In this document: positions 34,399 to 44,362 of the stretch, piece after piece
How positions within the stretch are numbered: position 1 is the stretch's first letter
How the letters are laid out: every line of letters starts with the position of its first letter
Source: Cyclobacteriaceae bacterium
GTDB taxonomy: Bacteria; Bacteroidota; Bacteroidia; Cytophagales; Cyclobacteriaceae
Assembly: GCA_019694875.1 (NCBI GenBank)
Contig: JAIBBC010000003.1
Coordinates: forward strand, 548,469-612,468
DNA: 64,000 nucleotides
Direction of reading: 5' to 3'
Translations under genes and position numbers: made by a program
The notes under the pieces: generated by a model
Told to the model about the DNA's origin: nothing
The model's input: the letters and a program-made list of their open reading frames with translations, nothing else
Database searches by the model: none

Positions 34399-36312
34399 CT
34401 AAAGGGTCTCTTTCAGCCACTTAAAAAATTCACTTTGCCATACCAGTGCGTTTTGAGCACTCAGCACCCAGTGGTTTTCAGTAGGCAGGTATACCAGTTT
34501 GCTCTTCAACCCTTTCAACTGCGCTGCCGTAAAGGCTTCGAACGCTTGTCCGTCCGGCACACGATAATCTCTTCCGCCCTGGAAAATCAGAATTGGTGTA
34601 TTCCATTTATCCACCAGGCTGCTCGGGTCGAACTGCGTATACGACTTCTGTGCCGCAGCGTTATTCTTGTCCCAATAGTTTCCGCCATAATCCCAATCCA
34701 CAAAGAACAACTCTTCGGTTGAACCGTACATGCTCTTCGTGTTAAAGATACCATCGTGCGCAATGAATGTCTTGAAGCGATTGTTGTGAACTCCCGCCAG
34801 GTAGAACACCGAGTAACCACCGTAGCTCGCTCCTACTGCGCCTAACCGCGCTTTGTCAACGAACGGTTCTTTCGCCAATGCATCAATCGCGGAGAGGTAA
34901 TCGTTGATCGCCTGGCCCCCATGATCTTTACTGATCTGTTCATTCCACGCAACGCCATGACCGGGCATTCCGCGCCTGTTCGGAGCAACAACGATGTAGC
35001 CGTTTGCCGCAATCAACTGCAAATTCCAGCGATATGAATAAAACTGCGTTAGCGCAGACTGCGGCCCACCCTGGCAATACAACAGCGTGGGATATTTCTT
35101 TGCCGGATCGAAGTCGGGCGGATAAACCACCCATGTAAGCATTTGTTTTCCATCGGTGGTGGGGATCATGCGTTTCTCGACCTTACTCAAAGCCAATTTG
35201 CTGTACACCGCATCGTTAATGTGCGTGAGTTGTTTCATTTCCCCGTTCGAAAGATTCACGGAATAGATTTCCGCAGCATGATTCATATCAGTGCGTGTAA
35301 CGATCATCATATTTCCAGACTGACCGACCAATGCAGCCACATCGAAATCGCCTTTTGTAATCTGCTTAACAGTCGGCATTTTTTTAGTGAAGCCGGGGTA
35401 GTCCACCTCGAACAATTGAATTGTTCCGTCAACCGGTGCATTGAAATATATCTTCTTTGAATCAGCACTCCATACAAAACTGTTTACGGTTCCGTCCCAC
35501 TGTTGTGTAAGGTTAGTCGTAACATTTCCATTCCGCACGATGATGTCGTTCTTGTCAGCTTCGTAGCCATCGCGCTTCATGCTGAGCCATGCCAGCACGC
35601 CCGTAGATGAATAGTCAGGATGGGTATCGTAGCCCATCATACCTTCTGTTAGGTTTACGGTTGCACCACTTTGCACATCGTATTCATATAGGTCCGTGTT
35701 CGTACTGATCGCATAGGCAGTTCCGGATTTCTTCTTGCTTACATACACAATGCGTTTACTGTCGGGGCGCCACGAAAAATCTTCATCGCCACCGAACGGC
35801 TGCTGCGGGGAATCGTAGGGTTCATTGGGCATAATATCTTTGCCCTCGCCCACTTCACGGTTCTCGATCGGATGTACAAACAGGTGATTGAATTCACCGT
35901 CCTCCCAGGTATCCCAATGCCGGAAGTTGAGGCTTTCGTAAATCTGCACGTTCGATTTATCAAGCGTGGGATAAAAATCCTTTCCCGAAACTTTGTTCAC
36001 TTTTACCGATTCAACCGTGATCTTGGATTTCCCGTCAGGGGAAACAGACCGGTCGCGCAGCAGGTTGGTTAACGTTGTTGTAATTTCCTCCGGCTCACCG
36101 CCCTTCACAGGAATTGTGTATTTCACGCTGGAGCTTTTGTTTTCCTTCGCATCCGGTGAGCTTACATTAAAAATCACCAGCTGGCGGTCGATCGACACGC
36201 CCAGTCCGGAAACACGTTTGAGTTTCCAAAGGATTTCCGGGGTCATCCGCTCTTGGGCAAAAAGCGAAACTGACAGAAGAATTAAGCAGAGAAAGGAAAT
36301 AAAACGTTGCAT
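34399..36312 (-). CDS. S9 family serine peptidase (prolyl oligopeptidase / dipeptidyl-peptidase-like)
   Basis: 637 aa with a signal peptide and beta-propeller N-half. The C-terminal hydrolase has the GASYGGY nucleophile motif. Confidence 0.85.
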   Translation of the reverse strand: MQRFISFLCLILLSVSLFAQERMTPEILWKLKRVSGLGVSIDRQLVIFNVSSPDAKENKSSSVKYTIPVKGGEPEEITTTLTNLLRDRSVSPDGKSKITVESVKVNKVSGKDFYPTLDKSNVQIYESLNFRHWDTWEDGEFNHLFVHPIENREVGEGKDIMPNEPYDSPQQPFGGDEDFSWRPDSKRIVYVSKKKSGTAYAISTNTDLYEYDVQSGATVNLTEGMMGYDTHPDYSSTGVLAWLSMKRDGYEADKNDIIVRNGNVTTNLTQQWDGTVNSFVWSADSKKIYFNAPVDGTIQLFEVDYPGFTKKMPTVKQITKGDFDVAALVGQSGNMMIVTRTDMNHAAEIYSVNLSNGEMKQLTHINDAVYSKLALSKVEKRMIPTTDGKQMLTWVVYPPDFDPAKKYPTLLYCQGGPQSALTQFYSYRWNLQLIAANGYIVVAPNRRGMPGHGVAWNEQISKDHGGQAINDYLSAIDALAKEPFVDKARLGAVGASYGGYSVFYLAGVHNNRFKTFIAHDGIFNTKSMYGSTEELFFVDWDYGGNYWDKNNAAAQKSYTQFDPSSLVDKWNTPILIFQGGRDYRVPDGQAFEAFTAAQLKGLKSKLVYLPTENHWVLSAQNALVWQSEFFKWLKETL

Positions 36313-36458
36313 AGCGGATTTTTAAAAGAAAACCGAAATTAAGAAAGAAAATCAATTGACAGCGATGTAATTTAAGTGCAAATCAGACGGCACAAAAACT
36401 TGTCGGATGATTGCAAACCAAATACATAACAAGTACATAATTAAACAGATTATTGGAT

Positions 36459-37361
36459 ATGAAATGGATCGGAAGAAGACAAAGCGGCAACGTTGAAGAC
36501 AGGCGCGGAAGTGGCGGTGGCGGAGGATTTGGCGGGTTCGGAGGCTTCGGTGGTGGTTCCAGAATCCCGGGCGGACTGTTCAGCAAAGGCGGGCTGATCG
36601 TGGTCGTTATTGTGGTTATCATTGCCTGGATAAACGGTGTTAATCCATTGCAGCTTCTGCAACAGACCAATACGGGCGGAAACACCTATTCATCCGATCA
36701 AAATTATACTCCTTCTGCCTCCGAGCAGGAACTTGCTGCGTTCGTTCGGGTTGTGCTTGCCGATACGGAAGACGTGTGGAATAAACAGTTCAGCGATTAC
36801 CGCGAACCCACGCTGGTGATGTTTACGGATTACGTTGAGTCAGCTTGTGGCCAGGCCAGCGCAGCTACAGGTCCTTTTTATTGCCCGGCTGATGAGAAGG
36901 TTTATATCGACCTGAGTTTTTACAACGACCTTAAAAACAAGTTCGGTGCTCCGGGAGATTTTGCGCAGGCTTATGTAATTGCGCATGAAGTAGGTCATCA
37001 TATTCAGCATTTGATGGGCATTTCCGATAAGGTTCATGGTTTGCGTCAGGAACAAAGCGAAGCAGAAGCAAATGCAATGTCGGTACGATTGGAATTGCAG
37101 GCCGATTTCCTGGCAGGCTTGTGGGCTCATTACGCAGAAGAAATGAACGATGTCCTCGATCCGGGTGATATCGAAGAAGCGCTGACAGCAGCCAGCGCCA
37201 TTGGTGACGACCGGTTGCAAAAACAAGCGCGCGGCTATGTTACTCCTGATTCGTTTACACACGGCACATCCGAACAGCGGATGAAATGGTTCAAGAAAGG
37301 TTATGACACAGGCGATATGAAGCAGGGGGATACCTTCAGCATCAGCGCCAGTGAGTTATAA
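36459..37361 (+). CDS. ypfJ: YpfJ-family neutral zinc metallopeptidase
   Basis: ATG start MKWIGRRQSGNVEDRRG (the family's N-terminal signature), a Gly-rich tract, one TM, and HEVGHH. Confidence 0.8.
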   Translation: MKWIGRRQSGNVEDRRGSGGGGGFGGFGGFGGGSRIPGGLFSKGGLIVVVIVVIIAWINGVNPLQLLQQTNTGGNTYSSDQNYTPSASEQELAAFVRVVLADTEDVWNKQFSDYREPTLVMFTDYVESACGQASAATGPFYCPADEKVYIDLSFYNDLKNKFGAPGDFAQAYVIAHEVGHHIQHLMGISDKVHGLRQEQSEAEANAMSVRLELQADFLAGLWAHYAEEMNDVLDPGDIEEALTAASAIGDDRLQKQARGYVTPDSFTHGTSEQRMKWFKKGYDTGDMKQGDTFSISASEL

Positions 37362-38018
37362 TCCCTTAATTGCCTTCCACATTTCGGTTGCTACGAGCTC
37401 GTTGCCTTTATCATTTAGATGAACTCTGTCGGTCGTAAGAATACCTGACTCTTTGTTCTCAGGATTATTGGCTTTGTTGTAATCCAGAAATACCTTCCGA
37501 AGATCAACCAGTGGCAATTTGTTCCTTTCGGCAATCGAACGAATCAATGAACTGTACCGATTCAGGTCGCCATCCAACTCGTTGCTGAAATCGGTTCGCT
37601 CCCCCACGACAGCCGGGGTTGCGAGGATAATCTTCGCGCCTTTCGCCTGAATCTTTTTAATCAGCGCACCATAAAATTTTTCAAACTTATCGTAGTCCGT
37701 GCCGGTTCCATGCGATTGTTTGTGCCATACATCATTTACGCCAATGTAGATCACCACCACATCAGGATTCCTGCTCAGCACATCATCTTCAAGCCGGAGA
37801 TACAAATCGTACACTTTATTTCCGCCAATGCCGGACCCAATAAAATCATACTGAGCAGACTTACTTTCCTTTGCGGCCAGATCAGCCACTTTTAAAATAT
37901 ATCCACCTGGCTTCGCCCCGGCTTCGGTGATTGAATCGCCAAAGAAGATTACTTTCTTTTTCACATCCTGTGTAGTTAACAAAGCAGCCACGATGAAAAC
38001 AAAAGAGACAAGTTTCAT
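37356..38018 (-). CDS. SGNH/GDSL hydrolase family protein
   Basis: 220 aa with a signal peptide, block I FFGDSIT, and block V DRVHLN. Confidence 0.8.
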   Translation of the reverse strand: MKLVSFVFIVAALLTTQDVKKKVIFFGDSITEAGAKPGGYILKVADLAAKESKSAQYDFIGSGIGGNKVYDLYLRLEDDVLSRNPDVVVIYIGVNDVWHKQSHGTGTDYDKFEKFYGALIKKIQAKGAKIILATPAVVGERTDFSNELDGDLNRYSSLIRSIAERNKLPLVDLRKVFLDYNKANNPENKESGILTTDRVHLNDKGNELVATEMWKAIKGL

Positions 38019-38042
38019 GATTTAAATTTTCATCAAGATAAC

Positions 38043-38075
38043 AAAAAATAAGAGCCAGTCGCGAAAGCGACCAGC
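38043..38075 (-). terminator. Terminator-like hairpin after the 805-aa permease gene
   Basis: The minus strand reads GCUGGUCGC-UUUC-GCGACUGGC (9 bp including two G-U pairs), followed by UCUUAUUUUUUG. Confidence 0.45.
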
Positions 38076-38099
38076 CCTTACAACGCTGGTGAAAATATT

Positions 38100-40517
38100 T
38101 TATTCGTAGCGAAGCGACTTAACCGGGTCGGCCGAAGCCGCGCGGATCGTCTGGTAACCAACCGCTAACAAGGTAATTGTGATGGCAATGAGTGTTGTCC
38201 AGACAAACAACATTGGATTTACTGTGGTTCGATACGCAAAGGTGTTGAGCCACTGGCCCGCAAAATACCAGGCGAGCGGTATCGCCAGCACATTCGCTAC
38301 AATCACGAGAATGATGAACTCTTTGGATAACAACCGGGTAATGTTCAGCACTCCCGCTCCCAGCACTTTCCGGATGCCAATCTCCTTGGTTTTGGATACC
38401 ACCATAAAGGATACCAGTCCGATTAAGCCAATGGCTGCAATAACAATTGTAACGGCAGCAAAGAGCGTGAATACATTTGCAAGGCGCTGCTCCGACTGGT
38501 ACTGTTTTTCAAAATCTTCATCCAGAAAAAAGTAATTGAAGTCATAGCCGGGGAATGACTTTTTCCATAAGTCCTGAACAGTGCCCAGCAGATGTTGCGT
38601 ATCGGCTGCTTTAAACCGGATGGCATAGAGATGGCCATTATCAGGCGAGTAATCCATCACCATCGGCCCTATACGTTGCTGTAAGCCCATTTGATGATAG
38701 TCTTTCACCACACCTATAACTCTTCCCTCCGGATAACCGGAAGGAGATTCAATTCGTTTATCGAGTGCTTCCAGCGGGCTCGACCAGCCATAAGCAGCCA
38801 CTGCCGCTTCGTTCAGGATCAGGCCCTCTTTGATATCGGCTTCATGATCTTTACTGAAACTCTTGCCGGCAATCAGGTTTAGCCCGAGTGAGTTTACATA
38901 ATCTTCATCCACAGCCATATACTCAACACTCACGGCCGCATCGCCTGTTTTTCCTTCCGGGTAAGAAACCTGCCCTTGCCAGCCCGGATGTCCGGGGAGG
39001 GCATTCGTAATCGTTACATTTTCAATCAGCGCGAGTTTCTTTAACTCGTTCTTCATTGTCTCGAACGCACCCGGATTGGGCGAGTTCACGCGTGCGGAGT
39101 TAACAACCAGAATAGCATCCTTCTCAAAGCCGAGATTTTGCTGTTGCATGAACCGCAGCTGATCGAGCACTACAAGTGTTCCCACAACAAGCGTTGCAGA
39201 AATGATGAATTGAAAGACCACCAACGATCTGCGAAGCTGGATGCCCCGCGCGCTGCTTTGCATTTTTCCCTTGAGTACTTCCGCGGGCTTAAGTGCCGAC
39301 ATCACCATGGCGGGATAATATCCCGCGAACAGCGAAACAACGAGCACCAGTATAACCGTACCCAGAATAATTTGGATATTCGTGAAGGTACCCATTTCAT
39401 ATTGCTTGTTCAGCAACTGATTGAATACGGGCAAGAATAATCCGGTTAACGCAACCGCAATCACCAGTGCAAATACTGTAAGCACAAACGACTCGCTGAG
39501 AAACTGCCGGATTAATCCCTGACGGGTGGAACCCGCTACTTTGCGCAACCCTACTTCCTTCGCGCGATACACAGAACGCGCTGTAGCCAGGTTAACAAAG
39601 TTTATGCAAGCCAGTATAATTACAAACGCAGCAATTCCGGATAACAGATAGAGCCGATCAATACTCCCTAAATCTCCCAAACCGTTCCCAGCCTTAGAAT
39701 GCAGATAAACTTTTGATAATGGCTCGAAGCGTAAATTGGCGGTAACCCCCCAGGCCTTCATACGATCGCCAGCATGCTGCATATAAATATCCTGAGCCTT
39801 TCTTATGAATGCCTGGGCGTCTACTCCTTGTTTCAAAAGAACATAATTGCGCATGTTGATATTTCCCCAACCATCATCGTTGTCGAACGAAAAATAGGAA
39901 TCGATCGAACGAAATGTTTCAAACGAAACAAGCATATCGACCCGGATATGCGAATTAGCGGGTATATCTTTTAACACACCCGTCACCAGCATATTCAGTG
40001 TATCGGCCATCACCAGCGTCTTGTTCAAGCCATCGCCATTGAAGTATTTTTTCTCCATCTCTTCTGTTATCACAACTGAATAAGGATCACGCAAAGCAGT
40101 ACCGGGGTTTCCTTTCACGAGTGGAAATGAGAAAATATCGAAGAATTCCGGAGTCATGAAATGAACATTCTGACGAATCCGTTTGTCGTTGTAGTTGATC
40201 ATCAGGAAAGATGCATTCCGGGTGTACAGAACTGACTCAACTTCCGGGAATTCCTTTGCCAGTACCTTGCCAACCGGCCATCCATTTTGATCCATACCGG
40301 AATGATCTTCGTCACCGGCAGCATAAAACGCGGTTGTTATACGATAAATCCGGTCACCCTTCGCATGAAACTTGTCGTACGAAACTTCATCAAGCACGTA
40401 GATCATGATCAGAATACCTGCGGTTAACCCGAGTGCAAGCCCGAGCAGGTTGATGAATGCGTACCCCTTGAATTTGAGCAGTGTACGAAGTGCGATCTTG
40501 AAGTAGTTGAGCAGCAT
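38100..40517 (-). CDS. Duplicated FtsX/MacB-like permease without prefix domain (orphan)
   Basis: 805 aa starting MLLNYFKIALRTLLKFKGYAFINLLGL. Two MacB periplasmic domains and two FtsX modules (EVGLRKVAGS, EIGIRKVLGA). No ATPase or padR nearby. Confidence 0.85.
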   Translation of the reverse strand: MLLNYFKIALRTLLKFKGYAFINLLGLALGLTAGILIMIYVLDEVSYDKFHAKGDRIYRITTAFYAAGDEDHSGMDQNGWPVGKVLAKEFPEVESVLYTRNASFLMINYNDKRIRQNVHFMTPEFFDIFSFPLVKGNPGTALRDPYSVVITEEMEKKYFNGDGLNKTLVMADTLNMLVTGVLKDIPANSHIRVDMLVSFETFRSIDSYFSFDNDDGWGNINMRNYVLLKQGVDAQAFIRKAQDIYMQHAGDRMKAWGVTANLRFEPLSKVYLHSKAGNGLGDLGSIDRLYLLSGIAAFVIILACINFVNLATARSVYRAKEVGLRKVAGSTRQGLIRQFLSESFVLTVFALVIAVALTGLFLPVFNQLLNKQYEMGTFTNIQIILGTVILVLVVSLFAGYYPAMVMSALKPAEVLKGKMQSSARGIQLRRSLVVFQFIISATLVVGTLVVLDQLRFMQQQNLGFEKDAILVVNSARVNSPNPGAFETMKNELKKLALIENVTITNALPGHPGWQGQVSYPEGKTGDAAVSVEYMAVDEDYVNSLGLNLIAGKSFSKDHEADIKEGLILNEAAVAAYGWSSPLEALDKRIESPSGYPEGRVIGVVKDYHQMGLQQRIGPMVMDYSPDNGHLYAIRFKAADTQHLLGTVQDLWKKSFPGYDFNYFFLDEDFEKQYQSEQRLANVFTLFAAVTIVIAAIGLIGLVSFMVVSKTKEIGIRKVLGAGVLNITRLLSKEFIILVIVANVLAIPLAWYFAGQWLNTFAYRTTVNPMLFVWTTLIAITITLLAVGYQTIRAASADPVKSLRYE

Positions 40518-40645
40518 GGAAATATATTTTGTTGCGTGACATTACAAGGTCAATGCCATGACAAAAATGGTCATTTCATGCACGAAACGGCCTGATTGGG
40601 TGAACGTGATGTTCTTAGCTGGACAAAATTGTCCGGGTGCGGACG

Positions 40646-41602
40646 TTAGAAAAGCTCCTTGGCAATCTTATAAATCGGGTCGGACTTCCCCATCGAATAG
40701 AAGTGAATGGTCGGTGCACCGTATTGAATTAACTCCTTCGATTGCTTAATCGCCCATTCAATACCTACCTGCTTTACTCCACTGTTGTCTTTGCACTTCT
40801 CGGCTTCATCCGCGAGTTCTTCAGGAAGGTCGATGTGAAAAATTTGAGGGAGAATTGTAAGCTGCGATTTTGTCGTGAGCGGCTTGATACCCGGAATAAT
40901 CGGAACGTTAATACCTGCCTCACGGCACTTATCAACAAACTCGAAATACTTTTTGTTGTCGAAGAACATCTGTGTAACGATGTAATCGGCACCTTTATCA
41001 ACCTTATTCTTCAGGTATTTCAAATCGGTTTTTAAGTTAGGAGCATTATAATGCTTTTCAGGATATCCTGCCACCCCAATACAGAAGTCGGTGGGCGATG
41101 GCTCATGAAGTTCCTCGTCCAGGTACATACCCTTATTCATGTTCACGACATGTTCGAGCAATTCTGACGCATAACAAAAACCATCCGGCTCAGGAATAAA
41201 CTTAGCTTCGGTTTTAATAGCATCACCCTGAAGCACCAGCACGTTGTCAATCCCGAGAAAGTTCAAATCGATCAACGCATTCTCGGTTTCCTCACGACTA
41301 AACCCTCCGCAGATAATGTGCGGCACTGTATCGACTTTATAATGGTTTTGAATGGCCGCACAGATCCCAACCGTGCCAGGGCGCTTACGCGTGGTGAGTT
41401 TTTCCAACAGGCCGCCATCTTTCTTTTTAAAGACGTATTCTTCACGATGGTAGGTAACATCAATAAACGGAGGTTTGAACTCCATTAACGGATCGATGTT
41501 ATTGAACAGGCTTTTGATATTCTCGCCTTTAAGAGGCGGAAGAATTTCCATCGTGAACAACGTTTTACCGTTGGCGTTTTTAAGATGATCGACTACTTTC
41601 AT
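40646..41602 (-). CDS. metF: 5,10-methylenetetrahydrofolate reductase
   Basis: 318 aa with MetF-type TIM-barrel sequence (FTMEILPP.. FIDVTYH.. ICGG.. LVLQGD.. DYIVTQMFFD). Confidence 0.9.
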   Translation of the reverse strand: MKVVDHLKNANGKTLFTMEILPPLKGENIKSLFNNIDPLMEFKPPFIDVTYHREEYVFKKKDGGLLEKLTTRKRPGTVGICAAIQNHYKVDTVPHIICGGFSREETENALIDLNFLGIDNVLVLQGDAIKTEAKFIPEPDGFCYASELLEHVVNMNKGMYLDEELHEPSPTDFCIGVAGYPEKHYNAPNLKTDLKYLKNKVDKGADYIVTQMFFDNKKYFEFVDKCREAGINVPIIPGIKPLTTKSQLTILPQIFHIDLPEELADEAEKCKDNSGVKQVGIEWAIKQSKELIQYGAPTIHFYSMGKSDPIYKIAKELF

Positions 41603-41624
41603 GTATCAATTTGAAAATGTAACA

Positions 41625-41678
41625 ATTTGAAAATTTGAGAATTAGTAAGCCGCAGCATCAATTTTCAAATTTTCAAAT
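41625..41678 (-). other. 14-bp perfect A/U-rich hairpin in the metH-metF intercistronic spacer
   Basis: atttgaaaatttga (41625-41638) is the exact reverse complement of tcaaattttcaaat (41665-41678), with a 26-nt loop. A direct copy of caatttgaaaat also lies at 41607-41618. Confidence 0.7.
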
Positions 41679-41689
41679 CAACTAATTAT

Positions 41690-44362
41690 CTAATTATAAG
41701 CCAGGTTAGGCGACAACCACTTCTCTATCTCCTCAACACTCATACCCTTCCGCTTCGCATAGTCTTCCACCTGATCTTTTTCAATTTTACCGAGACCAAA
41801 ATATTTTGAATCCGGATGAGCAAAATAAAATCCGCTTACCGCTGCTCCGGGATACATCGCGTACGATTCGGTTAACGTAATACCAACTTTATTCGCATCC
41901 AGCAATTCAAACAGGAGTTTCTTTTCGGTATGATCCGGGCAAGCCGGATACCCCGGTGCCGGACGAATACCATCATACTTTTCTCCGATCAATTCATCGT
42001 TTGAAAGATGTTCAGTCTTTGCATAACCCCACAGTTCTTTGCGAACGCGTTCGTGCAAACATTCCGCGAATGCTTCCGCCAGACGGTCGGCAAGCGCTTT
42101 AGCCATGATCTCCGAATAATCATCATGTTTGGCTTTGTAGCGTTCGATGAGTTTCTCCAAACCGATACCCGCGGTTACCGCAAACAATCCGAGGTGATCT
42201 TTTCCTTTTTCGGGTGATACAAAATCCGACAGACAAAAATTCGGAAGGTTTTGCGCCTTCTTATTCTGCTGACGCAGAAAATGAAAGGAAGCAAAAGATT
42301 CGGTTTGATCTTTTTTGAAAAGCTTCACATCATCACCTTCGTTCACAGCATCGAAAAATGCCACCACACCATTTGCCTGCAATGAACGGCTCTTGACAAT
42401 CTCATCGAGCATTCTGTTCGCATCGTTGAATAACCGTGTTGCTTCGGCCCCTACTACCTCATCTTTCAAAATTCCCGGGTAACGACCTGCGAGCATCCAT
42501 GTTTGAAAGAAGGGCGTCCAGTCGATGTATTTACGAAGTTCTTCCAGCGGGTAGTTCACAAACTCTTTGCGTCCGAGGAACTGCGGTTTAGCATATTTGG
42601 TTGCGGCCCAGTCAATTTTAGTTTTATTTGCGCGAGCTTCCGATAACGGAATATAGTTCTTCGTCTGCCTGCGGTTTTCATGATCTTCCCGCAATGATTT
42701 ATATTCTTCCTTGATCCTGGTTTGAAAACTGCCACGCGTCTGCTTGCTGATTAACTCGCTGGCAACCGGCACCGAGCGTGAAGCATCCAGTACATGCACC
42801 ACCGGGCCATCATACACGGGATCAATCTTCACAGCAGTGTGAATGCGCGATGTTGTCGCTCCGCCAATCAATAATGGCAGATCAAGTTTTTCGCGTTGCA
42901 TTTCCTTAGCAACCGTCACCATTTCATCGAGCGAAGGCGTTATCAATCCGCTGAGCCCAACTACATCAACTTTCTCACGCTTGGCTGCTTCTATAATTTT
43001 TTCTGTCGGCACCATTACGCCCAAATCAACAACATCGTAGTTGTTGCAGGCTAATACCACGCCTACAATGTTCTTCCCGATGTCGTGAACATCGCCTTTC
43101 ACTGTAGCCAGTAATATTTTTGCAGCTGCCTGACCGGCATTACCGCTTAAGCGTTTTTCCTCCTCCAGGTACGGTGTCAGGTACGCCACCGATTTTTTCA
43201 TCACGCGTGCGCTTTTCACCACCTGTGGCAAAAACATTTTACCGGCACCAAACAAGTCACCCACCACGTTCATACCCGCCATCAGCGGACCTTCAATTAC
43301 ATTCAGCGGCTTTCCGTATTTCTGACGTGCTTCTTCCGTATCAGCATCTATATAATCGATCACACCTTTCACCAGCGAATGTGTGATCCGTTCCTCCACG
43401 GTTCCGTTACGCCATTCATCATCCTGTTCTTTCTTTTTGGCTGAACCTTTTACATTTTCCGCAAAGGCAAGCAGACGCTCGGTTGCATCATCGCGCCTGT
43501 TCAACAGAACATCTTCCACATGTTCGAGCAAATCTTTCGGAATCTCATCGTAAACTTCGAGCATGGTCGGGTTAACGATACCCATGTCCATTCCGTGCTG
43601 GATCGCATGATACAGGAAAGCCGAATGCATCGCTTCACGGACTTTCTGATTTCCGCGAAAGCTGAACGACACGTTACTTACACCACCACTAACATGCGCA
43701 TGGGGCAGGTTTTCCCGAATCCATTTTGCAGCCCTGAAAAAATCCAATGCATAGTTTCGGTGTTCCTCTATTCCGGTTGCAACCGGAAAAATATTCGGAT
43801 CGAAAATTATATCCTGTGGTGCAAACTTTACTTCATTTACTAAAATGTCGTACGCACGCTTACAGATATCAATTCTTCTTTGGTACGTATCTGCCTGTCC
43901 CTGTTCATCGAATGCCATCACCACGGTAGCGGCACCGTACCGCTTTACAAGCTTTGCCTGACGAACAAACTCCTCCTTACCTCCTTTTAAGCTGATCGAG
44001 TTCACAATACCCTTACCCTGCAAACACTTTAACCCAGCCTCAATTACTTCCCATTTGGATGAGTCTACCATCACGGGAATTGCGGCAATCTCAGGCTCGG
44101 ATGCCATCAGGTTGAGATACCTGACCATAGCCGACTGTGAATCGAGCATGCCTTCGTCCATGTTCACATCAATAACCTGCGCACCACCGCGCACCTGGTC
44201 GAGCGCAACTTCCAGCGCTTCATCGAACTTATCTTCCTTGATGAGCTTCAGGAATTTTGCTGAACCGGTAACGTTGGTACGTTCACCGATGTTGACGAAA
44301 TTGGAATTTGGAGTTACAACAACGGACTCAAGGCCGCTGAGTTTTAGTGGACGATAACTCAT
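41690..44362 (-). CDS. metH: Methionine synthase, pterin-binding + cobalamin-binding + AdoMet-activation domains (lacks Hcy-binding domain)
   Basis: 890 aa starting at the inter-domain linker ([25 protein letters not shown]). B12-binding [10 protein letters not shown] motif and a C-terminal activation domain. Confidence 0.9.
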   Translation of the reverse strand: MSYRPLKLSGLESVVVTPNSNFVNIGERTNVTGSAKFLKLIKEDKFDEALEVALDQVRGGAQVIDVNMDEGMLDSQSAMVRYLNLMASEPEIAAIPVMVDSSKWEVIEAGLKCLQGKGIVNSISLKGGKEEFVRQAKLVKRYGAATVVMAFDEQGQADTYQRRIDICKRAYDILVNEVKFAPQDIIFDPNIFPVATGIEEHRNYALDFFRAAKWIRENLPHAHVSGGVSNVSFSFRGNQKVREAMHSAFLYHAIQHGMDMGIVNPTMLEVYDEIPKDLLEHVEDVLLNRRDDATERLLAFAENVKGSAKKKEQDDEWRNGTVEERITHSLVKGVIDYIDADTEEARQKYGKPLNVIEGPLMAGMNVVGDLFGAGKMFLPQVVKSARVMKKSVAYLTPYLEEEKRLSGNAGQAAAKILLATVKGDVHDIGKNIVGVVLACNNYDVVDLGVMVPTEKIIEAAKREKVDVVGLSGLITPSLDEMVTVAKEMQREKLDLPLLIGGATTSRIHTAVKIDPVYDGPVVHVLDASRSVPVASELISKQTRGSFQTRIKEEYKSLREDHENRRQTKNYIPLSEARANKTKIDWAATKYAKPQFLGRKEFVNYPLEELRKYIDWTPFFQTWMLAGRYPGILKDEVVGAEATRLFNDANRMLDEIVKSRSLQANGVVAFFDAVNEGDDVKLFKKDQTESFASFHFLRQQNKKAQNLPNFCLSDFVSPEKGKDHLGLFAVTAGIGLEKLIERYKAKHDDYSEIMAKALADRLAEAFAECLHERVRKELWGYAKTEHLSNDELIGEKYDGIRPAPGYPACPDHTEKKLLFELLDANKVGITLTESYAMYPGAAVSGFYFAHPDSKYFGLGKIEKDQVEDYAKRKGMSVEEIEKWLSPNLAYN

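Noticed and set aside
36383-36685. 100-aa proline-rich ORF (PPKPPNPPNPPPPP) on the minus strand
   Set aside because: It is the mirror image of the Gly-rich tract (GGGGGFGGFGGFGGG) of the well-supported YpfJ gene on the plus strand, so it is an antisense artefact.
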